A DNA stretch of 64,000 nt from contig CM075991.1 in the NCBI GenBank assembly GCA_038087875.1, forward strand, positions 3,658,001 to 3,722,000, given 5' to 3'. The position numbers and the translations under genes are program-made. Below are positions 1 through 10,888 of this stretch, in pieces; position 1 is the stretch's first letter; every line of letters starts with the position of its first letter. The notes beneath the pieces are model-generated. The model did no database searches. It was not told the origin of the DNA and saw nothing but the letters and a program-made list of their open reading frames with translations. The DNA is from Malacoraja senta (Eukaryota).

Positions 1-1494
1 GGGGAGTGGATGCGAAAGTGAGATAAGGTGGAACTAGTTCGAAGGGGTGATCGATGGTCGGCACGGACTTGCTGGGCCGAAGGGCCTGTTTCCGTGCTGT
101 ATCTTCATTCCCAAAATCACTTTGAGGAACTGCCAATTCCTTGGCTACCGCAACATGTGTTTTGATGAAACTAATGGAGAATTTATTTCCATTGACAGAG
201 GCACATTTGATTATTATTCACCAATACATTCCTACTGGGGTTGAATGAAGCCACAAATGATGGAGCTGATGGCTTGAAGACCACAGTAGGAAACAATTGA
301 CAATTGGCATGAGTGTGTCAAGAAATATTGACGGCAAAGAGGTTCGTATCTCATGACAACATCCCCAAGTGAGAGCCCCAATAAGTTCAGTTCAGTTTAG
401 TTTAGTTTATTGTCACGTGTACCGAGGTACAGTGAATAGCTTTTGTTGCATGCTAACCAGTCAGCAGAAAGACAATACATGATCACAATCTAGCCATTCA
501 CTGTGCACAGACACATGAGAAGGGAATAACATTTAGCGCAAGGTAAAGCCAGCAAAGTCCAATCAAGGATACTCCGAGGGTCATCAAAGAGGTAGATAGT
601 AGTTCAAGACTGCTCTCTGGTTGTGGTAGGATGGTTCAGTTGCCTGATAACAGCTGGGAAGAAACTGTCCCTGAATCTGGAGGTGTGCATTTTCACACTT
701 CTGTACAACGACTCTGATCTTTGCTTCTGTATCTTTTGCCTGATGGGGAGAGGGGAGAAGAGGAAGTGGCCGGGGTGCGACTCGTCCTTGATTATGCTGC
801 TGGTCTTGCTGAGGCAGCGTGAGGAAAGTGGACATGATTGCGGGCAGCTTTGGGCAAGAGGGTGGGGGCAATAGAAGCAATGGGCTGGGGGGGGGGGGAA
901 GGAGCATTAATAATTTAGATATAGGAGCAGCAGAGTGTGGCCGTTCAGTCCAGCTAACCCTATCTCAAAATACAATGCGTGGCCTCCATTCCTCCCCCTC
1001 CTGCCAAAATCACAGTGCATGCCAACTCTGTGCCATTCCCAAGTTGGCACACCTACCCATTGGCTTGGCACACTCCCTCTTGCCCAGGCTTGGCATAAAC
1101 CCAACCACCCCTCTCCCTCTGTGCTGTACATTGACTACACCCCATCCCCACCCTCTATGCACCAACCCATGCCCCTTGCCTTCCCCTCCTTCTCACCAAT
1201 GCACAAACTCCCTCCCCCATACACCAGCCCACACACCCTCACCTACCCTCCCCACCCCCCACTTTTCTAACCTCCACCAAGCCTCTCTCCCCCTCTCCCT
1301 CCTCCACTCACTTCTCTTCACCTCTCTCTCCCTACCCTCTCTCCACCTTCACCCATATCCCTCCACTCTCTCTCCCCCTCCCCTCTCTCTCTCCCTTCCC
1401 TCCCCTCACTTCCTTCTCCCCTCACCTCTCTCTCCCCTCTCCCCCTCTCCCCTCTCTCTCCCCTCCCCTCCTCTCTCCCCTCTCTCCCCTCCTC
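1..1494. repeat. Copy A of a ~1.5-kb local duplication (copy B starts at 7197); ends in a CT-rich tract at the gap
   Basis: Position 1 (ggggagtggatgcgaaagtgag) aligns with 7197 and stays colinear through unique and Rex1-like sequence, with scattered substitutions and small indels. Confidence 0.95.
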
Positions 1495-1694
1495 NNNNNN
1501 NNNNNNNNNNNNNNNNNNNNNNNNNNNNNNNNNNNNNNNNNNNNNNNNNNNNNNNNNNNNNNNNNNNNNNNNNNNNNNNNNNNNNNNNNNNNNNNNNNNN
1601 NNNNNNNNNNNNNNNNNNNNNNNNNNNNNNNNNNNNNNNNNNNNNNNNNNNNNNNNNNNNNNNNNNNNNNNNNNNNNNNNNNNNNNNNNNNNNN
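1495..1694. other. Assembly gap (200 N)
   Basis: Run of N. Confidence 1.
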
Positions 1695-2327
1695 GTAGAG
1701 GTTTAAGAGAGTGGGCTGATTGTAATGATTGATCACAGGACCCACTTCTGGGACCAGCACGTGGGAGAGTTGCCCAGCTTGGCCGCCATCTTTCGTGCGA
1801 AAGGGTGATTGATTAAGTTGGTATGGACTAGCTGGGCCGAAGGGCCTGTTTCCACGCTGTATCTCTAAAACATAAAAAGAGTCAACCATGGAGCTGTGAG
1901 CGGCTGTCAGGCTCAGCGTCCAGAAAACTGTGGGCATCAAGCGACCAGAAGCGGTAAAGTGAGAATGGTCACGTTGTGTAACTGTTACAATGTGACCCGG
2001 GTTTCCACAAGAGCCATTGAATCCGTCCCACTAACCCCACCCCACCCACCCTCCGCGGCCACGTACCGTTCACCGTGAGCCCATTAACAGCCCCATTGAG
2101 AGCAACAAAAGAGACCGCTTTCAACAACATTCCAGATGAACACCACTCCACGAACTAGCACTTCATATTTCACTTGGGTAGTTTACACCCCAGCGGTATG
2201 AACTTTGACTTCTCCAATTTCAGGTAGTCTTGCTTTCTCCCTCTTTCCCCTCCCCTTCCCAGCTCTCCTACAGCCCACTCTCCGCCTCTTCCTTTCTTCT
2301 TCCCGCCCCACCCACCCCCACATCAGT

Positions 2328-2355
2328 CTGAAGAAGGGTCTCGACCCGAAACGTC
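2328..2355 (+). ncRNA. Minimal hammerhead-ribozyme-like motif in a Penelope terminal repeat (representative copy)
   Basis: CTGAAGA-A-GGGT-CTCG-ACCC-GAAA-CGTC: CUGANGA and GAAA core boxes flank a 4-bp stem II and are followed by a GUC triplet. Confidence 0.6.
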
Positions 2356-4131
2356 ACCTATTTCTTCGCTCCATAGATGCCGCCTCACCCGCTGAGTTTC
2401 TCCAGCATTTTTGTCCACCCACTCCACGAATTACTCAATGCATGGAAAGACCTTTGCTCTTGGCTCCCCCTTTCAGCTTCAGGTTGCTGAGCTCTTCAAT
2501 CGAACGATTCACTCACTGTCCGAATTCTTCTTGATGTTTCACACTTCCAAACAAGTGTGAGGTGTTGCCTTAAAGCAAGTCAAACCTGGGCAGGACTTGC
2601 ACTGTCAAAGGGTATGGAGGATGTTGTAGAGTAGAGGGGCCTAGGGTTGTGGGCGTTAGCTTCCTGAGTGGTGACACACGTGGGCAGGGTGGCAAGGAAG
2701 ATATTTGCCAAAATGGACACAAAATGCTCGGTTGAAACCAGCATCTGCAGTTCCTTCCTACACAAAAATAAAAATGATTGCCGGCTCCAGTTTTGGGAGT
2801 CGGCCGGCTCAATGGCCAACTTGAGTCTGCTCATTGCCAGCAACAAGAGAGATCCCTAAACACAAGCACACAGAGTGCTGGCGTAACTCAGCGGGTCAAG
2901 CAGCATCTCTGGAGGGAAGGAACTGCTGGTGCTGGTTTAAACCTAAGAGAGACACAAAGTGCTGGAGTAACTCAGTGGGACAGGCAGCATCTCTGGAGAG
3001 AAGGAATGGGTGACGTTTCGGGTCGAGACCCTTCTTCATTCTTCTTCATCCTCTCTCCAGAGGTGCTGCCTGTCCCGCTGAGTTACTCCGGCATTCTGTG
3101 TCTATCTCTGGAGAACATGGATGTCTTAAGCAAAGCAGATATGCTGGCTCGTGTCAGCTTGGGTGCTCAACGTCACATGGTGGGAGAGGACAACCTTAAT
3201 GTTCATTATTTATTTCAGCCCATTCAGTAATCTCTGCCTTTCTTTCCAAAGCCTAATGCAAGTCATTGAAGGTGCCAATTCACAGCAAATGGTTTGAGTT
3301 TACTTGTTGTTCCACTCATGCGGAGTGGGTGGGTCATGTCTGCGTGAAGCCATGCTCGGTCAGCTCAATGGGAATCTCGCTGCCTTAGTTGGACATTGGA
3401 AGCTGGCCACTGTCCTCTTGGCTTCCCTTCCCACTCAATAAGCATCTGAACAGCCCCACCCCACCTCTCCCCCTGTCATTGTCCACAGCAAAGTCTGTCA
3501 GTGCCACCAGATTTGGGGCACCATATCTGAGGAAGGAATGTGCTGGCATTGGAGAGGGTCCATAGGAGGTCTACGAGAATGATCACCAGGAATAATTAAA
3601 GGTAGACAAAAATGCTCGAGAAACTCGGCAGGTGAGGCAGCAACTATGGAGCGAAGGAATAGGTAAAGTTTTGGGTCGAGACCCTTCTTCAGACTGATGT
3701 GGGGGGATGGGGGGCGGGAAGAAGAAAGGAATATGCGGAGACAGTGGGCTGTGGAAGAGCTGGGAAGGGGACGGATAAGAGGGAGAAAGCAATGACTACC
3801 TGAAATTGGATACGTCAATGTTCTTAACCAGAAATAATTCGTTTAACAAAATGATGAGCATTTGAAGGCACTCGCTGGAGTTTAGAAAGATGAGGGGGGG
3901 GGGGGGGGGGGGGACCTCATTGAAACTTACCAAATAGTGCAAGGGCTGGATAGAGTGATTGTGACGAGGATTTTTCCACAAGTTTGAGAGTTTAAAACCA
4001 GAGGCCATAGCTTCAGAATCAAAGGATGTACCTTTGGAAAGGATATGAGCAGGAATTTCTTTACTCAGAGGGTGGTGAATCTGTGGAATTCATTGCCACA
4101 GAAGGTTGTGGGAGGCCAAGACAAGGGAATA

Positions 4132-6250
4132 ATTTTTTTTTTTTTTTTTTTTTTAATTTTTATTTATTAGAAGTACATTACATCACAGCCACATACATTA
4201 ATACTCGTCATTTATATCTTCTTACAATTAATGTACTCCCTTTATTTATTTTTTTACACTGGAGAAAGAAAAGAATTGAAAGAGAGAAGAAAGTGAAGGA
4301 AAAAGTGCAAGTGTAGAAAAGTGTAGAAAATGTAACAACAAAAAAGGACGAAGACCCTATGAGAGCGAAATTAAAAACAAAAAGAAAAAGAGTTAAGAAA
4401 TAGGCCCTAAGAAAAGAAAAGAGAAAGAGAAAAAAAGAAAAACAAATGTTTTTTTTTGAGCATCACGTAAATAGGACATACCAACTCTTCAACTATCATC
4501 CCCCCTTACCCGACCTCGATTTTTTATTTTTTTAAAGTACTTTTGCACCCTATGTTTGTAATAATTCTATAAATGCAGACCACGTCAGGTGGAAGTGATC
4601 TGGTTTACCTGCTAGGAGGAGTCTTATCTCTTCAAGGTGTAATGTTTCAAACATATTTGAAATCCACATATTTATAGTTGGTATTGGAGCCTTCTTCCAA
4701 AATTTTAGAATTAGCTTTTTTCCAGTTATTAACCCATAATCCATTAATTTCTTTTGAAACACATTAGTTCTGGATCATCTTCCGTTATTCCGAAGATAAT
4801 CCATTCTGCTTTGGGTATCAGTCTTGTTTTAAATAACTTTGTAAAGATTTCAAAAATTTCATTCCAAAATTTTTGAATTTTTGTACAGAAGACAAATGAG
4901 TGCGCTATAGTTGCTTCTTGGGATTGACATTTATCACAAATAGATGATACGTTTGGGAAAATTTTATGAATTTTAGTTTCGAATAATATAATCTATGTAA
5001 AATTTTAAATTGTATTAAAGTGTGTCTTACATTAATCGAGCATTTATGTACTTTTAATAAGAATTCATTCCAACTTTCCTTTGAAATTTTAATAGCTAAC
5101 TCTTGTTCCCAGTCTCTTCTGATACCCCTCCGTAGATGGTATTTGTACATTTAAGATAATATTGTACAAATATGATATTAAGTTTGCTGATTCCGCTTTT
5201 ATCTGCATTGCCTCGTCCAGTACATCTGCTGGGTTATTATGATGATCTTTTATATATTTTTTCAAAATAGTCGCATATTTGAAAGTATTTAAAATATTGA
5301 TTATTTCCGAGTTTATATTTTATTTGTAATTGTTGAAATGAAAGTAATTTTCCAGTTTCATACAAGTCACCAAGCGTTTTAATTCCTAGTCTATCCCATT
5401 GTGTATAAGCTTTATCTATAATAGAAGGACTAAACGAAGGGTTATTGACTATAGGTAATAAAAGTGATAAGTTTCTTAATTTTAAATTTTGTTTTATTTG
5501 TTTCCAAATACGGATTGTACTATGAATAATTGGGTTCTTATTATAGTTTATGTTATTCAATTTCATTGGAGAGAGGAGGATCGCTCCAATGTTTCTAGAG
5601 GAGCAATCCTCTTTCTCCATTACAATCCAGTCTACTTGCTGGGCGGAGTTATCCATCAGTTGAATCATGTTTTTAATATTTACTGACCAATAATAATACA
5701 TAAAATTGGGTAGTGCTAGACCCCCCAATACTTTAGATTTATTCAGATGGGTTTTTTGTATTCTATGTGATTTATAGTCCCATAAAATTAGTGATATCTG
5801 AGTCGAGTTTTTTAAAAAACTTCTTAGGTAAGTATATAGGAATTGATTGAAATAGGTATAAAATTTGTGGTAAAAAGATCATTTTTATTGCGTTTATTCG
5901 GCCTATTAAAGACATCGGAAGCGTTTTCCAGAATTTAATTAATGTATTCAGTTTATTAAGTAGGGGGTCAAAATTTGCCCTGAGCATACCTTGATTTGCT
6001 CTGGTAATTTCGATTCCCAAATATTTAAATTTTTCTGTAGCTATTTTAAAAGGGAATTTTAAAAGATGTGTTGAATCTTTCGGTTTTATTGACATAATTT
6101 CACTTTTATTCCAATTTATTCTATATCCAGAAAAAGATCCGAAGTCTTCAATTAAATTTAATATATTTGGTATAGTGATTTGAGGTTTTGTAATATACAA
6201 TAATATATCATCCGCGTATAAAGATATTTTATTATATGAGTCTTTATTTT
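4132..6250 (-). mobile_element. 5'-truncated L1-clade LINE (ORF2 C-terminal half, frameshifted), inserted in a CR1 3' fragment
   Basis: ORFs 5772-6200, 5237-5728, 4905-5150 and 4550-4762 give L1 ORF2 segments (FSGYRINWNKSEI, GGLALPNF, HTLIQFKILHRLY). Poly(T) on + at ~4133-4154; TSD aagggaata at 4123-4131 and 6251-6259; near-identical to 39540-41610. Confidence 0.93.
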
Positions 6251-6303
6251 AAGGGAATATTTTAAGGCGGAGATTGATAGATTGATAGATTCTTTGTTAG
6301 TAA

Positions 6304-6844
6304 AGGCCCTGTCCCACAGGCAGGCAGTTATGGGCGGTAAGCGCGGCGTAGCAGGAAGTGGGGACCGCGGGGTCGGTCCCACGCAGATCGCCGGAGCCGT
6401 ATGTAGTCCCGACACCGCGCGGGGCTCAGAAAAACTGACACTGTCCAAAAATCCCATGCGGCGGCCTGCCGCCCAGCTACCGCCTCGACGTCGCGAGCAC
6501 CGCCTGGACGCCGCGATCACCGCTTGGACGCCGCGATCACCGCCTGGACGCCGCGATCACCGGCTGGACGCCGCGAGCCGTCTTGACGGAGTACGCTAGC
6601 GCATTGCGTTTCACGATGACGTCATCACCCGACGCCGCGCTCGCCGCATGCATTCGCATGCTCGTGGGACAGGCCATACGGTAAACACTCGGCCTCCGCG
6701 CGGCAACCGCTTCCGGTTAGGTTGCGCTTGCTGCATGCTCGTGGGACAGGCCGTACGGTGGCACCCGCGCGGCAGCCATGCGGTCCCCACTTCCTGCTAC
6801 GCCGCGCTTACCGCCTGGAACCGCCTGCCCGTGGGACAGGGCCT
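6304..6844. mobile_element. PIF/Harbinger-type MITE
   Basis: TIR aggccctgtcccac...gtgggacagggcct, extending imperfectly ~65 bp; TAA on both sides (6301-6303, 6845-6847); internal 19-bp tandem repeats. Confidence 0.85.
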
Positions 6845-7196
6845 TAAGGATGTCAGGGGTTATAGGGCAATGGAAGGAGATTGAAATTGAGAGGGAAAGA
6901 TAGATCAGCCATGATTGAATGGTGGAGTAGACTTGATGGGCCGAATGGCCCTATTCTGCTCCTAGAACTTATGAACGAACAGCCCCTTAAAATATGTAAA
7001 TGTAAGCAAATACAGTACAATGGTGCAGCTGGTAAAGTTGCTGTCTCACGGCACCAGACTCGGGTTCGATCCTGACCTCGGATGCTGTCTGTGCGGAGTT
7101 TGCACGTTCTCCCTGTGACCGCATGAGATTCCTCCCAAATCCCAATGACATGCAGGTTTGTAAGATTAATTGAACTCAAGTTCACCCCGGGTGTGA

Positions 7197-8835
7197 GGGG
7201 AGTGGATGCGAAAGTGAGATAACGTGGAACTAGTTCGAAGGGGTGATCGATGGTCGGCACGGACTTGGTGGGCCGAAGGGCCTGTTTCCGTGCTGTATCT
7301 TCATTCCCAAATCACTTTGAGGAACTGCCAATTCCTTGGCCCACGCACATGTGTTTTGATGAAACTAATGGAGAATTTATTTCCATTGACAGAGGCACAT
7401 TTGATTATTATTCACCAATACATTCCTACTGGGGTTGCATGAAGCCACAAATGATGGAGCTGATGGCTTGAAGACCACAGTAGGAAACAATTGACAATTG
7501 GCATGAGTGTGTCAAGAAATATTGACGGCAAAGAGGTTCGTATCTCATGAGAACATCCCCAAGTGAGAGCCCCAATAAGCTCAGTTCAGTTTAGTTTAGT
7601 TTATTGTCACGTGTACCGAGGTACCGTGAATAGCTTTTGTTGCATGCTAACCAGTCTGCAGAAAGACAATACATGATCACAATCTAGCCATTCACTGTGC
7701 ACAGACACATGAGAAGGGAATAACATTTAGCACAAGGTAAAGCCAGCAAAGTCCAATCAAGGATACTCCGAGGGTCATCAAAGAGGTAGATAGTAGTTCA
7801 AGACTGCTCTCCGGTTGTGGTAGGATGGTTCAGTTGCCTGATAACAGCTGGGAAGAAACTGTCCCTGAATCTGGAGGTGTGCGTTTTCACACTTCTGTAC
7901 AACGACACTGATCTTTGCTTCTGTATCTTTTGCCTGATGGGAGAGGGGAGAAGAGGGAGTGGCCGGGGTGCGACTCGTCCTTGATTATGCTGCTGGCCTT
8001 GCTGAGGCAGCGTGAGGAAAGTGGACATGATTGCGGGCAGCTTTGGGCAAGAGGGTGGGGGCAATAGAAGCAATGGGCTGGGGGGGGGGAGGGGGAAGGA
8101 GCAGTAATAATTTAGATATAGGAGCAGCAGAGTGTGGCCGTTCAGTCCAGCTAACCCTATCTCAAAATACAATGTGTGGCCTCCATTCCACCCCCTCCTG
8201 CCAAAATCACAGTGCATGCCAACACAGTGCATTCCCAAGTTGGCACACCTACCCATTGGCTTGGCACACTCCCTCTTGCCCAGGCTTGGCATAAACCCAA
8301 CCACCCCTCTCCCTCTGCGCTGTACATTGACTACACCCCATCCCCACCCTCTATGCACCAACCCATGCCCCTCGCCTTCCCCTCCCTCACCAATGCACAA
8401 ACTCCCTTCCCCCATACACCAGCCCACACACCCTCACCTACCCTCCCCACCCCCACTTTTCTCCCCTCCACCAAGCCTCTCTCCCCTCCCTCCCCCCTCC
8501 ACTCACTTCACCTCTCTCCCCCTCCCCACACTCCACCACCCATATCCCTCCCCTCTCTCTCCCCCTCCCCTCCCCTCACTTACTTCTCCCCTCCTCTCTC
8601 TCCCCTCTCCCCCCTCCTCTCTCCCCTCCTCTCTCTCCCCTCCTCTCTCCCCTCCTCTCTCCCCTCATCTCTCCCCTCTCCCCTCTCCCCTCCTCTCCAC
8701 TCCTCTCTCCCCTCCTCTCTCCCCTCTTCTCTCTCCCCTCTCCCATCCTCTCCACTCCTCTCTCCCCTCCTCTCTCCCCTCTCTCCCCCCACTCCCCTCC
8801 TCTCTCCCCCCACTCCTCTCTCCCCCCTCTCCCTC
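7197..8835. repeat. Copy B of the local duplication; ends in a polypyrimidine/polypurine tract (~8400-8835) in intron 1 of the HtrA gene
   Basis: Colinear with 1-1494; long (CCTCT/CCCT)n tract. Confidence 0.95.
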
Positions 8836-8840
8836 CATAC

Positions 8841-9252
8841 CTGCACCACACGCTCCCCTCTGGATGAGGATGACGGGCAGTGCGTTGGAGTCCAGCTGCC
8901 CGCTGCTGGACGCCTTCAGGCTGCAGACGGAGGAGTATGTGCGGCCGTCGCTGCCACACACGGGCCCGGGCTGCGGGCAGCCGCAGGTGCCCCGCTTGCG
9001 TTTGCCGGCGGAGTGGAGGCACTGGAAAGCCGGGGCGCACTGGCCGTGCCGCCCGCCGCAGCTCTGGCCCTCGGCCTCGGCGCACACGGGGCAGCAGCCG
9101 CAGCCGTCCAGCGCCTGGCCCTGGCTGCAGTTTGCCCGGGGCAGGGGGGCACCGGGACAGCTCACACACCTCCGGGCAGCCCTGCCGACCGCTCGGCCCC
9201 TCGCCACCTGCAAGCAGCAGCAGCAACACAGCACCACGCCAGCCAGCAGCAT
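8841..9252 (-). CDS. HTRA4: HtrA serine protease coding exon 1 (signal peptide, IGFBP domain, Kazal domain), most similar to HTRA4
   Basis: ATG at 9252-9250; motifs GCGCCPVC (IGFBP), VCGSDGRTYSSVCSL (Kazal) and PVILIQRGACG (HtrA exon-1 end); phase-1 donor AG|GTATGG at 8841/8840. CGGRHGQCAPAFQCL..TCGCP resembles recalled HTRA4. Lies downstream of a PLEKHA gene on the same strand. The paralogue call is less certain than the family call. Confidence 0.75.
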
Positions 9253-9620
9253 TCTCCCCGGAGACCGGCACCAGAGGCTGGGGTAACTCAGCGGGACAGG
9301 CAGCATCTCTGGAGAGAAGGAATGGGTGTCGTTTCAGGTCCAGACCCTTGTTCAGACTGAGAGTCAGGGGAGAGGGAGAACGAGGGATGCAGACGGTGGG
9401 GGTGTCCTTCTACAGAGGGCAGGGGGTGCCCGCTCTGCGCCCTTGTTTAGGGGAGAGAGGCTCCGCGCACCAGGCTTGGTTGTAAACTTCGCCCCGAGCG
9501 CTTTAACGCGCGGTCCCCACTCTGCCGCGTCGCCCTGCCCTCTCCTCCACACCGCCAGCTCTTTAACGCACTGGCCCGCTCGCTCCCTCCCCTTCCTGCA
9601 TGCGCTTTAACGCACCGCGA
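8860..9620 (-). promoter_or_regulatory. CpG-rich island over exon 1 and the putative promoter of the HtrA gene
   Basis: High GC and CpG density relative to the flanks; three copies of GCGTTAAAG (minus strand) near 9501, 9561 and 9605. Confidence 0.55.
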
Positions 9621-9799
9621 TCTCTCCCTCCCACTTTATCCCTCCCTCCCTCCCCCTCTCCCCCCCTCCCTCTCTCACTCACCCTCTACCAGCCCCAGTT
9701 TGTCAGCCGTGGGCAGAGCACCACCCCCTCTCTCCCCCCACCTCTCCCCCAGGCCTCCCTCCATCCCTCTCCTGGGAAGGGGGTGATCCCTCCCAGACC

Positions 9800-10260
9800 A
9801 CCCCCTCCCCAGGTACCTTCCCCATACAACCGCAGGGGATGCAACACCTGCCCCTATACCTCCTCCCTCGACTCTGTCCAAGGACCCCGACAGTCCTTTC
9901 AGATGAGGCAGAGGTTCACTTGCACCTCCTCCAACCTCATCTACTGTATCTGTTGTTCAAGATGTGGACTCATATACATGGGCGAGACCAAACGCAGACT
10001 GGGCGATCATTTCGCTGAACACCTTCGCTCAGCCCGCCTGAACTTACCTGATCTCCAGTTTGCTAAACACCCTAACACCCCTTCCCATTCCTACACAGAC
10101 CTTTCTGTCCTCGGTCTCCTCCATTGTCAGGGTGAGGCTAAACGCAAATTGGAGGAACAGCATCTCATATTTCGCTTGGGCAGCTTACAACCCAGTGGTA
10201 TGAATATTGATTTCTCTCACTTCAGGTAGCCCCGGCATTCCCTCTCTCACTATGCCTCCC
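9800..10260 (+). mobile_element. Penelope-like element fragment (GIY-YIG endonuclease end)
   Basis: FTCTSSNLIYCICCSRCGLIYMGETKRRLGDHFAEH...LQPSGMN in ORF 9600-10229. Confidence 0.9.
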
Positions 10261-10335
10261 CCACCCAAGTCACATCAGCTTTTGGACAGACAGCACCCGT
10301 AGTCGGGATTGAACCCGGGTCTTTGGCACTTGTAA

Positions 10336-10888
10336 AGGGGCTGTCCCACTTGGGTGACCTAATTGGCGAGTTTAGAAGAATTTGAAACAATGACATGTTG
10401 AAGACCTCCTTCGACTTTGTAGAAGACCTCCTTCGACCTCCTTTGACCTCCTTCGACTATGTTGAAGACCAGCTTCGACTAGCTATGACTAGCTACGACT
10501 AACTTCGGGAAAATTGGACATCGAATAGTGGAGAGTGAAGACAATCTCCTTCGATCTCCTTCGACCTCCCTTCGACTATGATGAAGACTATCTACGACTA
10601 CCTTTGACTACCTTCGACTACCCTCGATTACCTACGACTAACATGCCGACCTACTACAACCTACTACGACTAAACCTACGAGTAAAAAACGTATTGATTT
10701 TTTCCATGGCGACCTTTTAACATTTTGGAAAAAAACGCCGCGAACTAGCTGAGGCCTCGCGTACGCGGGGACCACTCTCGAGCATGAAGGAGAGTTACAA
10801 AGACCTCCTACGACCTCATGTCAACCATGCTGCGAGTATGAATCAAGGGCAAACTCGCCAGAACTCGCGGATTAGTGGGACAGTGCCT
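10336..10888. mobile_element. PIF/Harbinger-type MITE inserted into an HE1-like SINE
   Basis: TIR aggggctgtcccact / agtgggacagtgcct; TAA at 10333-10335 and 10889-10891; internal cttcgac/ctacgac repeats; the SINE resumes after it. Confidence 0.85.

Noticed and set aside
7320..7480. Short plus-strand ORF MCFDETNGEFISIDRGTFDYY, present twice
   Set aside because: It repeats only because of the local duplication; no recognisable homology or splice support
8841..9252. IGFBP7 / IGFBPL1 / KAZALD1 as the identity of the IGFBP-Kazal exon
   Set aside because: The exon end (VILIQRGACG, phase 1) and the adjacent PLEKHA gene favour HtrA; no Ig-domain exon is seen. The protease exons are not in the window, so this is not fully excluded
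8132..9360. Plus-strand 384- and 394-aa Pro/Ser/Leu-rich ORFs (also 819-1706)
   Set aside because: They come from the CT-rich tract plus the antisense of a GC-rich exon
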